From: Perkinsus olseni | Lineage: Eukaryota | Length of the DNA stretch: 61,901 nt | Assembly (NCBI GenBank): GCA_013115125.1 | Contig: JABANN010000022.1 | Coordinates: 62,001 to 123,901 of the forward strand | Direction of reading: 5' to 3' | In this document: piece after piece, positions 1 to 14,381 of the stretch | Layout of the letters: each line of letters opens with the position of its first letter | Position numbering within the stretch: position 1 is the first letter of the stretch | Position numbers and translations under genes: made by a program | The notes under the pieces: model-generated | Databases searched by the model: none | Seen by the model: only the letters and a program-made list of their open reading frames with translations | What the model was told of the DNA's origin: nothing

Positions 1-2799
1 CCGATCGACACAACAGAAGAGGACAGAAACATCGCTGCTGCTGTGATACGGTAGAGTCAGTTGTTGAATAACGTGTGGAGTAAGTCCATGAACCTCATGA
101 CCAATGGTGGAGGCTGCACCCACCTCTCCGATCGCTGCCGTAGGAGGCCGAAGAACTCCTTCTCATCCAACACGCCATTACCGTCCTTGTCAAGCACTCT
201 GACACACGGCAGTTCGTCCAAACTCTCGAATTAGAACTCCCCTAGAGGGACCACACGGAAAAAGGCTTTTGAGCGATACGGAGGGGCTCAGACAAGATCG
301 CGTGTTCTCACTAGACGACGACTGATCACTCGAAGCACTAGAAAAGAGGATGAAGAAAGCAATGCCAGACAGTAATAAAATATGAAGTTGGCAATGGAGA
401 CGTCGGCAGCAGCAGAGGTGAGTACTCACTTGAAAAGAACATCTACAACAGCACTAATATCAGCCTCCGAGATCTGGTCCTGGTCTCCTTTCCGCCGACG
501 CAACAGCAGAGTGAGGAACTCCTGATGGTACAGGACGCTCTCCCTCGCATAAAAGGCCCTTCACACCTCTCGAGAGATCCTCGCATCCCCTTGCTCCTGT
601 CTCCCCTCACCCGACTGGCTGGCGTCTTGCGAGACACTGTCAAGGCAGCGATCGAACTCCTTAACCGCCCCGAAGAGTATTCGACTAAAAGGGACAGACC
701 ACGCAACTCACAACAGCCCTCTCCTAAGGAGGCAACGGACCTCATCCCCTCCCATTGAAGTCCCCTGACACGCTTAGCCAGCGCTTCCATCCGACCTGAG
801 GGGGGCTGCTGCTGCTACCTCGGAGCAGTCCTTGGCACCCCACCTGGATGGACTAAGCCGACGAGCAGGCCGGCGAACTCTCGGGCCGAGATACAAGCAG
901 TGGGGCCCTGCCCCTGCACATCACCGTGAGAGGCAAATTCGTAGTACCTGCGATATTGACTACCAGCAGAGCCCTTTGTCTGAGCCATATCGAGAAATTA
1001 TAGCGAGTTCAGCTGATAAGTTTCGAGCCCGAGATAGCCAACCAGAAGGCAGTTCGGTTCTGCAGACGATAGTGGTGGTGCTAAGCTTGCATTGGTAAAC
1101 AGAATTGGTATGCAGTCAAAGGCTTTTAGCGTCTCGAGCTGGTCAGCCTATCTATATACTTTTTACCTCGACCGTTCAGATTCTAGCGACATCTCTGCGT
1201 TGGAGTCGCCTAGAGCGAGTGAGACAAACGACAAACCATGTATGAATGACGGCCCCGGTGAGATCGCATTGCCCCACAGGAAGGCCCCTGACTAGATTCC
1301 TTACAGCACTTCCTCCTCAACTTCTCTGAGTAAGGTCAGCAGCGTCTCGATACTGAGCCTTCCCTCCGTCGTAGGGAACAACCTCGCCACTAAAGCGGAC
1401 CCCTCAATGATCGAACCCAATGGCCTGTTGTCCGACACTTTGCGCGGGTCTGGGAGGACCTGCCGCCGGCAGCTGGCAGGCTCTACGCAAGCTGCTGCTG
1501 CTGATACCCCGGCAGAGGCCCACTTGCCCCCTCTAGGAGATCCCTTCACCAACAGCGTCATGAGCTCTATAAAGCCTCTGCGAGACAGTTCTCCTACAGC
1601 CACAATCATGGAACATGCTTCCAAGCGGTTACGGAAGCTACCTTCCTTTGAACCCTCATCCACACTCAGGCGACGGAACACCTGCTCTATCGTACTCAAC
1701 TTGGTCGTAACGATTGCACTCAGTATTAAAAACTCATCGAACTGATGACAGCAGAGGTGACTAGGACCAATGAGACCAGTGAGAAGCCGAGCGTGCGGGT
1801 CATGCCAACTCTAGCTTGGCTTAGAGCAAGAACCCTCGTCAATAAATTCATCCAGAATGCCAATCCCCTCATACCACATTCTCAACAATTCGTACTTCGC
1901 CAAAGTTCACGCTACACTCTTCGATAAAAGCGTGAAGTCCAGTTAGGAATCCTATCCATTCGACCACCCGCCCCCAAGCCATTACCTGCAGGAACCCATC
2001 ACCGTCGAGGTCGAACAGGGCCAGCGCGCGCAAGTGCTCCTTAGGGTCCACCTCATAGTACACCTCCTGGAAGGTAAACCTACAGTCAAACCAATCACAA
2101 TTACAAACCCCGGCTCTTCCATCGCCGGCGCCGCCAACCCAGCCAGAAACGAAGCCCGGGGACGTTATGATCTCACGGTATGATCGACTGCATGAAGTCG
2201 GAGTAGGTCATCGCCCATCGGCCAGGCCGACCACCACCATCATCCGAGCACTCCACCGAAGCGTAGTACTCGAAGACCTGAGAGTCCCTTAATACAAGCA
2301 GTAATGGCTTCAAAGGTTTGTCGTACCTTCTCCGGCGGTGCAAAGAACTTCATACGATTCTCATAGTTCCCTATGATGCTTGAGTGGACCCTGGATACCT
2401 GTTCTCGCCGGACACTACCCTGAACTCAAAAGTAAGGTCAAATGAGTTGGCCATTTCCCCAGCGAGTCTATTGGACAGATCTTCTCCCCTCTAAGGATCG
2501 AAATTGGCTCGCAGCAGCTCCCGCTTCATAGCGCGCAATGGAAGCCCCTTCTCCCTCCAGATCTTCAAGTAACCATAGCTAAACCTCCCTTAGCTCACCT
2601 TCGATGCTTCTCGGACAGTATCCTCCTCACACAGGGCTCTCGACCCGCCGCCACCATCGCTAGCAGCTGTCCATCCCATAACTCCGATGCTCCCTCCAAG
2701 CAGGATCGCGGCACTCCGCTCACGTCTTCCTTCACTAAGTCTCAGACGGCCGAGCCGATTGGAGCAGGCTGCGAGAAGCAGACGGGTCTGGGCCGGCAT
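1..2799 (-). CDS. MICU1-like mitochondrial calcium uptake EF-hand protein (multi-exon, 3' end runs off the window)
   Basis: Arg/Leu-rich N-terminus MPAQTRLLLAACSNRLGRLRL (ATG 2799). Spliced exons give NYENRMKFFAPPEK-VFEYYASV, FDLDGDGFLQ|FDEFLILSAIVTTKLSTIEQVFRRL and VLDKDGNGVLDEKEF, following the MICU-family motif order (YENRxR..P..F.YFA; EF-hands). Confidence 0.75.
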
Positions 2800-3057
2800 C
2801 AACCACCAAAAAGTATATGCAGAACCACAAACGATATAGACGCCGAGAACACTCTATAAGCAGCCCTTCAGACATTCCATACCACACGCCACAACAGGAT
2901 CGATGCACCCTCGTCCCTGCGTCCAGCAACAGCAGCATCAACCCGATAGACGTAAGAGGCGAAGAAACGTTTCCAGGTAGAACAAGGAGGGTTAATGGGT
3001 TGGAGCAGTTGATTTCTGCAGTTCTACGTTAACAGCGGCTGCTGCTGCTGTTGCTGC

Positions 3058-6000
3058 TCAGTCGATATTGCAAGTCTTGAATACGTTGAAGCCATCCAAT
3101 GCCGTCGTGACCATAACCTGATGATCAACAACAATAACTAGCGAGAGAGACCCTCTAGCGGGGTGGGCGAACTCCATGCAGGGGACAGACGCTGAGTGAC
3201 AGTTTACAGACGCTCCAACCTACCCCAGGTAGTTGAGGGTGGAACTTTACTTCCTTCACTCCAGTCTGTCCTTGATGCAAGAACATCATCTGCGCCGGGT
3301 AGTCCTCCTCTCCCTCGAGATGCTGGCCGCCTAAACATAACGCTATACCAACCCATCCAGTACCGCTTAACAACTCACCTTGTGCTTCATCGTCATCAGC
3401 CTCGACACTCATGTCCCACAGGCTCACGGTATTGTCGGCCGAGGCCACAGCAAGGAGTGTCTCGTCATAAGGATGCCAGTCTACCGACTGAAAGAGAGTA
3501 AGAAACGTCGCAAGATACGCATAGATACTCCTATGCTCGCAGCCACGAGCTTATGTCAGCCTCATCTCTTCGTAACTCGTCACCAACCCCGAACCCGTTC
3601 AACCGAGCAGCTCAAGAAGCACGCTCAAGCAAGGAGTCAAACTCCGGCAACAACGCACATGATGAGAAGACATGAACTACAATGCAGCAGTAGCACTTAC
3701 GGTAACAGCATCCCTATGCCACTTGAAGTTGGCCATGGGGCCGTGACCGGTATTACGGACGTCCCATACCTTGAAGGAGCCGTCGTCGGCACCAGAGAGG
3801 AGCAGATCCCCGACCTGATAGAAGCGATGACCACCGATCGAAGTCTACTCGTTTCTCCAAGCATTTCATACACAAACGGGTAAGGAGAAGCGATGAGCAG
3901 TACAGATACACTTTGGAAAAACTCAGTTCAGTTTCGTGTCGCCGCCAACAGCTGTTCCCGTTACTACCTCAGGATTCCATGATATGACATTAACATCGGT
4001 ATCATGGGCCATAATAGTAAGGCCCGGCCTAGCTGAATAACCCTCCATATCCCATAGTCGTATAGTGCCGTCCACACCCGCAGTAGCCATGGTAGTAGCA
4101 GCACCGGTACCTAACCGAATAAGTCCCACAACAACGAGTAAGCATCACTGAACCACTAGGAGACGCCCAGTGAATGACTATGAAGCGTACCATAATAACG
4201 CCAAACATGCACACAACCTAGGATAAGGCCTGCTTCCTACGGACCAAGAAGCGACGCGTTTGGTAGTTATTAGATAGTTAGCTGTCAACCAGCGTATAAG
4301 TACCCAACATCCACTAACGCCTTATACGATGTGGGCGACGCTCTCCGACGCGAGCTATCCCCCGACCGAGTTGTCACATTCCTTGAAAGCTGATATGGCC
4401 AGGGAGCGACACCGACGGTGGTGAGCAACTCCCAGGCGAGGTGACGTACCAGCCTTCTTCCACATGATATCCTCGATACTCCCTTGATGACTCTTAGGTA
4501 GCTTAGACTGCTCCCATCCACCTTCACAAGGATTCCAAAGATACCTACAATCGATCCTTCAACTACACGACTTCAATCGGACAGTAGAAGACGGCACTCC
4601 TGCAAAAACTTCGCTCCGCTAGAAACAGCCAACCCGTATTACATGTTGCCATCACAGTCAGCCGATGCGAACTGGCCCACTGAATGAGGGTTCCACGCCA
4701 TACCGTATCTGAGAAAACGCCAATTTCCTAACCAAATCAATGATCATTAATCAAGTATGACAAGTGCGAACGCGTCAAGCATCGAAAAACGCTGCCTTGA
4801 AACAGTTTTCTGTGTTTCACTGGCTATTGCAAGAAACGAGAAGACCGCGTAATGTCATACGGGAATACTCTCAGTGTCAACCAGATATCATCGGTACTCG
4901 CTAGACACCGAAACCCAAATTTAATTTGGGTTCATGGATTTAAGTTCTCTGGTGAATTACAATATCCACCAAGAAAGGACCTACTGTTAGCCTTTTCAGC
5001 TGCATGTAATAACAACTCATAAGAGAACAACCCACACTCCCACTACCCTTCCGTAGCATGCTTCTTCATAGTATACAACAGCGGCTTCGTCTCAGCGACT
5101 CCCCGACCGTCCAAGGACGCCAACTGCGATGCTATGTTCCACATGGACCTGAGGTAGAGGCAATAATACCACCGTTCAGATACAGTACGATATTACACTG
5201 TGCCATCCTCACACCAAGTAGCGGCTATTTGACTGCTGCTGCCGCCAGCCATACCGGGCGGCGAAGGCATCATACGTATCCGATTGATGCAGCCTGGCCA
5301 AGGAAAGACGATCAGTGAGGAAAACAAACGAACAAGGCATCGGGAGTACCCGAGATTTTCAGGTGTACCGACCACACCGAGCTGGTACCACAAAATGGTG
5401 AGGATACTATCACAGGTCTGAATCAAGACCGATGAAGACAGATCTTGAACCACTGTGCTCATTATACACTTATATAAGGGTACTCTATACATGGCATCTA
5501 TACATAATTTATAATACATTGTAAAGATAGCGAGGAAGGGTAGTAGGCGCGACCGCGACTGTCACGCCCACTACCACTACGTGCTGACAAACCACATGAC
5601 ACGACAATGACCTTCAAGCCCTGTCGCCGGCGCCGCCCAGGCCTACCATTCTCATGCTTGATCATCCTAAAGTCCATCTTGGCATCAACATCAGCCTGCT
5701 CGTCCTCATCATCATCGTCCTCCTCTTCCTCATCATCACCGTCCTTATTCGTCTTATACATGTGGCTCCACTTCATCACAACAATCTTGTTGTTCTTGGC
5801 AGTGTCAGCTTGGGTCCCCGCAACAACGTAGCAGGTCATCGGATACTTCTTCCGAGACTGAGGACGGACGAAAATCTCCCGCGCGCCACAAAATTCGTTC
5901 CTGCTACTCACCGCGCCGAGGCTGTCCTGGATAGTATCAAATGATAGGCAAGGCCATTCAACCTCTGCTCGATGCAGCATCGTGTACATGGTCGGGTCGC

Positions 6001-6801
6001 CCAGGACCAGCTCCTCGCCTGAGAAAAGGAGGGGGGCATGCCAAGCATCCAAGACCTGCGCACTGAGCCATACAACCATCACTAGCAGCTATGGAATATC
6101 TATACACGAAATTGATTATCGTATAACAGAAACCGCACGCTCGTTACTTCAATATCCGATATGACAATAATTGTTGGGAAATGGTACTCCCCATTGGAGA
6201 GCCCGAATATACCATACCAATCCCCGATCAGCCATAGCAGCACTACCATAACCACTGACTACCTTCTTCAACCCTGTCCACACCAGGCCTGTAAACAGCC
6301 GTGCCGCCGGCTGCCGCGACGTCCTCTTCCTCAGCGGCCATCTCAGCATCAGAGGCATCACCGTCGATGATCTCCTCCTTCTCGAACCTAAAGCGAGGAC
6401 AGTGGCGTGAACCGCAATGTCGCCGAACAGACTACTCGTCCTCTACAGGGTCCTCAAACTCCAGTCCCTCAGCCTGTTCCGACTTCTCCTTCTCCAACTT
6501 GGATTGGAACTGATCCCGAACACCGCGTCCATCGCCCCGAGAACAACAAGTCGATTTGTCGAACAACCCAATGACCAAGACGCTATTCCCCTATAGCACA
6601 CTGAGATCGGAACCCATTTCTACGTTGGGATCCTAACGATCCCGATTAGGGTATCATCCACACTTAGGCTGCTAAACCCGCTACATCGCCTCCACCACAC
6701 ACCGTTATTACAGCTTTCTTATCCCTCGTCTTGCCTTCAGGTAGGGCATCCTCATTATGTGCCCGCTTAGTCGCTGATGAAGCGGTAGCAGCCCTAGGCA
6801 T
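3058..6801 (-). CDS. GRWD1: Glutamate-rich WD40 protein GRWD1/Rrb1 (ribosome assembly), multi-exon
   Basis: YTMLHRAEVEWPCLSFD (CAF1C/H4-binding-like domain), VVAGTQADTAKNNKIVVMK, acidic tract, WD40 repeats (AHDTDVNVISWNP; ADNTVSLWDMSVEAD), and C-terminal QMMFLHQGQTGVKEVKFHPQLPG..VTTALDGFNVFKTCNID* (stop at 3058-3060). Confidence 0.9.
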
Positions 6802-7042
6802 GATAATAGAATACAACGACAAACGCTGGAAGGCTGAGGCGTGCTCCGGTAACAGCTCAGACTCCCCACTATACACCTCCACATCGGAGCACCCATCACG
6901 ATATTCACCCCCCCCCCTCATGACCCAGATCCCCATAGTATCTCAACAGCAGTAATCACTGAGTAACTGTGTGAATGAAACTGTCATCACGACTGCCTCC
7001 GGAGCGCCGCGAATTTTCTAAATTTTTCGAGTCTACCAACCA

Positions 7043-10000
7043 CTACTGCTGTGCCTTCGTTGCTGGCTTCAGCTGCAGTAAAGATTCGATAAGATAGTGC
7101 ATATGGTTCACCTACAATGACCACTAATTTCGTGGCGCGTGACGCAAGGTATACGAGTCCTACCAATGGCGGGGTTTCCGTTCGAACATTGACCATCACC
7201 TTCTGCGGCACTGTTCTGGTTAGCACTAACTCCAATAGGACCACCAGTCGGTTCGTCAAGCACGCTCCGAAGTACAGCGCCGCTGAGGCCTGCACGGAGG
7301 CAGTAAAATGAATATGAAAAAGCGGACTTCGTATCATTTCATTCACAAGGCGTAAGGTCAAGTTGAGGATTCCATCCACAGTAACAGTAATTATGCGCAG
7401 ACTGAGAATACGAAGACAAGGCCCGTATGAGACGAGTGGCTGCCAATACCACAACCTATCAGACCGCGATCAATACCAAAAAAATCGTAACTCTTCACAC
7501 TCATCCAGCCAAGCCGTTGATTGTATAGAATAAATATCACTGCGGCGACTGCTGCACTCCGAACGTCGGGCTAACATCCTAACGATTGAGTAATTTTGTC
7601 CGAATCCTTCCGGAATAATTCACCCACACTCCTTACCCCATCCCTAGAGCCCCTGGTGTTAACATGGAACAAGTTGACCTGTCTCAGACGGGCCACCACC
7701 ATCTCCGGATTCAGCGGCTGTGAAGGTACCGCCGCCCTACTCGTCTGACGATCCGCTCCGCACCTTTGCCACAGACTGAGGAACTGCTCACTGAAGAAGG
7801 AAAAATAATTGGGAAAATAAACAATCAACGGGACATCCCAACTTACGCGTTTATCATCTGCTTGGACTCGAATACTACATATAATGTATAGGGAATGTTC
7901 ATGTAAAAAATATCCACATTGGTCTTGATGGCGGTCTGTACACAAAAATGGAAGAAGTACTAGGCCGAAATACTGAGTTCCCGGAAAATAGGATTTTCCG
8001 TTCGAAAAAAGTCGTAAATACTATTGCCACCTTCCCACCGATAACCTCTCGACTCTGATCGAGACCCGATTTCACCAGTGGTGAATCACCACTATATTAT
8101 AACTATATTATCACGGTACCTCACATAAAACGGTAGCTCTATCACTTACTAATACACGGCTGTTCAGTAATGCATTGGCTTACTGGCAGCAGAGGCGTAC
8201 GATGTAAAGTAACAATCCAGTAAACGACGTGCATGATACGTGATATAGTATAAGTACAAACAACCTCCATTATAATCAAAAAAGATTCCCTACCTGTAGA
8301 AGCAGAGGTGGATGGTTGGGCGGCGGACTCCCAGAGTTAAGCCTGTTCGGCTCCAGAGGTACTCTCACGCTCACACTAGACCCAGGCTGCAGCGTATCCG
8401 GCATGCCCGCTATCTGAGAGAGACAGCATCGATAATTTCGTGGCGGGCGACAAACGCAGCTGGCGGTACTTGTGTCAACTTTGGTGCCAGTCCAAAGGCG
8501 TTCTTATTGCACTGGATTGCAAAGCCCGTGAGAGGGACGCCTCCGGAGTTACCAATCAGCAGCTCCATGCACAGCACACCCTTCACGAAGCCGATACCAC
8601 CAGCCACTTTCAAGCCAGTGTGGCCATTACCTAAGCGAAATCTTGCATTCTTGCCCCGTTTCTCAACGCTACTCATCCCACTGGACGTCAGTACCAGCCT
8701 CAGGACACGAACGTCGTCCAGCGATGTACAGCACACTCTCACCCTTTCCACAACATCTAGTCACACAACGTGCAGTCAACATGCCTCAACGATCCTCTAC
8801 CCGAGAACACAGCCGGCCACGAAAGAACGCGACATTAAAGAACGTGGCCACTATGGAACATGCAAAAATAAGGCCCGAGCGAAGTGGCATTATCTTTGCA
8901 CGTTTTTTCGTTAATGTACGTTAATTCCAAGAATCTTTCAGACAGCACCAAGATACACTCCTGTGGATTCCGATACTCGTCCAATTCCTCCCATCTCCTA
9001 CTGTCAGAATTCATATTACGACTAGCAGTGCAGAGCATACAAAAACAGAGTAATTACTACCTCCCTTCTGATCCTCAGGATGGACCATAAACCTCTGTAT
9101 CGGTAAGTCGGGTGTTGCCGTGGTGGGAGTCTCCTCATCCTCAGACTCGCTCTCACTGCCTGAGAATAGGTACGTCCATCATCGGCCACCCTACCCCCAC
9201 CTTCCTACTCTCGTCGTCATCGTCCTCATCACTACTGCTGCTACTACTGCTGGTATCCTCACTACCCGAGTCGAGGTCTGTCGTTCTCTCCTCGTAGCTA
9301 CGGGGACTCGCCATCGCCGCTTTAACAGCCTTGATCTGAGCTCAATCACTCTGTGACTGCGCCACGGAATCACAAGGACATCGCATATCTTGGGTCGCAG
9401 CATGAAAGATATAAACTAGGTCGAGTCGTATCCCTCCCACTACATTCTGAGATCTGTCTTCCACACTGCTCTGATCCTCATAGTAATCTTCCATCTCCTC
9501 ATACTGCTTAGTCCCTTCGATAAGCTCGTCCGGTGCTATAAAGTAAATCGACGACAATTGCCCTATCGTGCCGAGGAGGATCTCCAGGAGGTTCTAAGCA
9601 TAAAACCTAGCATGCTATCTGACACTTCTAGCTTTTTTCTATCCCTACCGACTCCACCAACAATGATGTGTCCATTATCCTAGGCAACGGCGCCACCACT
9701 ATTTTCTTGCACTTCTCCAAGTCACCCATAGACAGCATACGCCAGTACATGTACCCTCTGTCCCGCAAATCAGGGTTGGATGAGGAGTCTGTGCAGGCCT
9801 TGAGGACCTGACAGTAGAGAGAAGATACTCCATGGACGAGGAGCTTCTGATGACGAACACCATCAAGCCTCGATGCCAATCTGGGCGAGACGAAGACGGC
9901 ATGTAGTACCTTGGATACAATATCCTGATTCGTCTTGCTGGTATCCTTCAAGAAAAACTTGATAGCGGCTGTTAGTAGCTCCTGCTGTACGGCATAGGTC

Positions 10001-12854
10001 TCGCTGAAGAAGCCGTCCAGGAAGGACTAAAAACCAACAGCAGCAATGCGAAAACGCAATACAAGGCGGAGGACCGTCAGAAAAAGTACAGCAGTATAAA
10101 ACGACAGTATACCGAACAGTATGTCCTCATTCTCTAACATTAAATCCACACAGGCTCGGGCGCCACAAATACCATCCCAAAAATGGATGACTATAAGACT
10201 AAATGACTGTACACGGAGGTTAACGAAGAAGCTGATGACTTTAATTCTTGTACCAACGGACGATCATTCGAGAGAGTAAAGAACCTTATCATACCCCCTT
10301 ACATATAGCAGATCTCCCGCATTCTCGATCCTGTCTGGATACTCCCCCAATATCCATATCATAGCCTCCTTTGCCTCTGGTTTGGCCAAGGACTCCAAGT
10401 TCTCACACAATGGGCCAATAACGAACTCATACTTCCCGGGGTACTTCCTGAGAGAGGAACGCACGGTATATGCTTACGCCAGATACGTACAACTATGATA
10501 TACGTAGAAGGCGTACGGCACTCCGACGAACTCAGTTCCTCCGAGCCAGCGAGTCGGAATTTCCTATCATATCCCCCTCCACAAAAACATCGAGGCCGTG
10601 CTGGTGAGCCACGAGTAACAAAAGACCACCCATATACAGCATCACACGATTCCCTGTATTGGTATGGATGACCGGTTGCCCCATCACTACCTGAAGACGT
10701 CGCGCATGGAGACAACAGACTCCTGCAGGACATAGTCAGCCCGGTGTTCGATAAGCTCGAGAATGGCATTAACACAGACATCCGCTGCAGCCTGTAGCTT
10801 GAGCGCTATCCGACCTGTCAAGAGGAAACGAAAAGTTGGTATGTACGCAAATCGAGTGAATACTCCAGTGAATGCATTAGGGGAAAAGAGGGCAAAACGC
10901 CCTCAAGAAGGTAGCGAGGCGAACTTCTGACGGACCCATCTCTCCGGCGTTATTACCAATGGAAGATACGGCCTTGCATGCAAATTCCAGGTCAACCTCA
11001 TTGGCATAGTCCACCAGCTCGGCTACCACTACATCAACATTCCGTTCATTCGCCAGCATTACTAAGGAGAAATAGGAGTTACGCAAGGAGTGGTATGAGA
11101 GGTTAGACACCTACCCATCACGTCTAGCTTCTCCATCTTAACATAGATAGGATCATTATACTTGCAGAAGAAAACTTTAACCTCCCTGAAACAAAACTCA
11201 TCTGCTTCGCTCCGCCGTTCCTGTAATTACTGCTACCATTACCCTTGCAAAACTATCGGCCTTTTCTGCACAATAAGTCTGATATTCCGCAAAGCAATGT
11301 ACCTAATAGATTGAGCCGCTCATCCCTTTCAGAAGGCTGCTCCTTTCTCTGGATGTTGCAGATGCAGCTGACACTTCGATAATTCTGATGAACACGCGGC
11401 GGCTGGACGAAACAGTACGAATATGCCGAATCTTCACGACGCATGCAGAGCCCTGATGCCTCGCTGATGCGCCGGCAGGTTTATGTACATTGCTACTATT
11501 TCCGTCGCGCTTCACTGCCCCACCCGATACGTACTGTATCTCTGGCTCCTGGGACAGGAGCGTGACCAGAGGGGCCGACAGCCTTCGGCACATAACTCTG
11601 ATCATGTCCGTGTTATTCAGCTTCTCCATCATCTTCATAATAACTTTTATAGCCGATAAAACCTGGCATGACCAGCTACGGTGGGCGATATTAGAAAAAT
11701 TGACATTCGTGAGGGTAGAACCAACAACCATATCCACAGCAGCCCTCGCCTCTACCAACCCGCCATTCGAGAATACTACCACTGCTGAGTTGACATGGCT
11801 CAGCCTTGCCGATACCCGCTCTATCATCTCCTTAGCCTGCTTACTATCCTTCGGCTGGAACATGGTGATAGCATCCAGTATAATAACCTGCGCCCATTCC
11901 GTACCTAATTTCAGTCAACTTCTCCCATAGCAAGCCACCATGGCCCCAAACCATCCTACACTCGTTCAAGGCCAGTAACAAATTAGAGACGGTCTTCTCA
12001 TCCAAAGGCATCATCCGCTTCCCCGACTGTTGTTGCATCTCACATAAAGCGATAACTGCAGCGATAATGTTCACCCATACAAACTCTAGAGCAGCCATGC
12101 CAGTACTACCAGCGTTGGACACGACCATAGGGTTGGCGTCACTGAGCATGTCCTTAAGGACGGCTACGAAGCCCTGATCCTCTACCATGTCCGGTGAGAT
12201 CTCGAAGAATTTAGAAATGCAGATTGCAGCAGTCTTCCGAACCTGGCGGTCGACTATCATTCCGAGCTTTACGTAGGCAAAGACCTACGTAGGGATCCTG
12301 GTCCTTACAGCATCTTCGTAGTGGCTCTAACAAGTACCTGTTACCCACACAGTGTGAGCCACACTGTATAATCTTCTCTCAGTTTCCCTCTTATTACTCT
12401 GTCATCTGTTCCAATTTGATACTGCCCATAGTCCTCACAGCTAAGGCCCGTATTAACGGGTTAGGGTCCATAGTATCCTTCCGGAACGTGTTGACGGCCA
12501 GTATAGCTAACTCAGGCTGACTCTTTGCGTAGTTGATCACGTATCTTAGGTCAAAGCTCATAGCCCACACCCCTCCTCTCCCACTTTACTACAAGTAAAC
12601 TAGTTTCTTCACTTCAATACTGTTAGTTTGCATACAGTTAACTACGTCCGGGAAGAGCGGTGAGACATCCTTTCCTACAGTCATGGCTGCTATGACCTGC
12701 CATCACCATAGCGCCCAGCCTGCCACTGACCTGTCATTAGTATTACCTTCTTGATCGCCTCCTTCTTCTTATCCTTATTAGGACTATTGAGCTCCTCCTT
12801 CAACTCGTGTATCTCTCCTCGCTTCGATGAGCTGAAGTATCGAGCGTCCCCCAT
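7043..12854 (-). CDS. AP-1/AP-2 adaptor complex beta subunit (beta-adaptin), multi-exon
   Basis: N-terminus [86 protein letters not shown]; appendage [14 protein letters not shown] and [17 protein letters not shown]; last exon [22 protein letters not shown]. Confidence 0.93.
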
Positions 12855-13274
12855 TATAAAAACAACAACAACTTCCAGTGAGCAGTATCGGCCCTGCCGT
12901 CCACACTAAAGGCAACGACACCGAAGATCGACTTCTGCAACGCAGTGGCTCAGTGGTTTTCATCCTAGCCGGAGAAGACACGACGGCGGTCCATCATTTT
13001 TTGGTCGATTACAATGGCGCGCGCGATATTGCTTCGGTGATTGAGATACCGTTCATTCGTTCTCGGCACACACGCGCTTGAAGTACTGGACTTCTGATTC
13101 AGCGAATCTTTATGTCGTATACTACCCACGACACGGTGTGGGAATTAGATGTCTCCTCGGGAGTTTGTTCAGTAATTCTCTTTCCCGGCGGTAGAGACAG
13201 GAGCTTTCCACGACGTGCCCGTAGTTCGTCCATCTCGCCGCAGTAGTATTTGGTTTACGCAAGCTCTCTCATTC

Positions 13275-13517
13275 ATGTCTCAGAAGTCTTACACCGCTGC
13301 TGAAGTCGCTGCTCACAACGCCGAGGGTGATTGCTGGGTTATCATCGGTGATGAGGTTTACGACGTCACCGAGTTCTTGCCTGACCACCCCGGTGGAAAG
13401 AAGGCGATTCTGTTGTTTGCCGGCAAGGATGCGACCGAGGAATTCGACATGCTCCACGAGCGTAGGGTTATCAAGAAGTACGCCCCTAAGGCACACAAAG
13501 GCAAGCTCGCCAAGTAA
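13275..13517 (+). CDS. Small soluble cytochrome b5 (80 aa, intronless)
   Basis: [28 protein letters not shown]...[13 protein letters not shown] contains both axial His motifs; no C-terminal transmembrane tail. Confidence 0.93.
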   Translation: MSQKSYTAAEVAAHNAEGDCWVIIGDEVYDVTEFLPDHPGGKKAILLFAGKDATEEFDMLHERRVIKKYAPKAHKGKLAK

Positions 13518-14381
13518 AGTGGCATTACGAGCTGGTCCTGAGTCCCGTTACCGCAGAGGTGACGAGAGATTTGTTGACAAGTGGCTGTTATCATTACGTT
13601 TTATATCACTAGCTGCATCAACTTTTTATATTTAATATATTAGTTTTTGAGTTAAGTCAAATCAAAAGGCTTACATGGAGCAGAGGCACTGAAGGACAAA
13701 TCAGAGAAGGGCATTGAGTGGTCTGGGGACTTCATCATGACAAATGATTCTTGAGGGAGTGAATCCCGACATCTGGTTGAAGCGCGTAGGTTGAGTAACT
13801 TATTTCTCATATCCATTACCGGAATGAGTCAGACATTTGATCTCACCAGGTCTTCACTTTGTTGTCATCTATTGTGATAGCTAGTTTATACCACATGCTC
13901 GGATCGCAACCTACATCCCATCATCAATATGGATAGATGTGGGAGTTGGGCTGGCATGACTGGTAATCAAGAGTTTCTCTGAGTTATATTATCGGTTGGT
14001 ATCAGTATCCTTATTGGTGCATGCCCGGTGTATCGATTCTTCCGGGAGTGTGATTCTCATGGAACCTCAGCTTTGTGTCACAAGACCCATACTCAATTTT
14101 GCCTACCACTTTTTCTTATCGGCAACTCCTCGTCATCAGAGCAGAATGAACGAGCATTGCGTTTCTGTCTCGTTCACGTCGCCTTAGTATGAAGGATGCC
14201 TGACTGTTTAACGCAATGGTTCCTTATTATAAATACAATTATGCGAGGCAGGCAAAACACCACTGTTGTTACCCCCAAAAATATAGCCTATGATGCCTCT
14301 ATCACAGCTTAGGTGCGCAACAGAAAATAACCATCAGCCTTGAGCCGTGAAAATAAATCTTGCCCCTCCCTACCGAGACAG

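Noticed and set aside
14250-14275. IRE-like CAGTG loop downstream of ALAS (minus strand)
   Set aside because: The flanks do not form the 5-bp upper stem with a bulged C.
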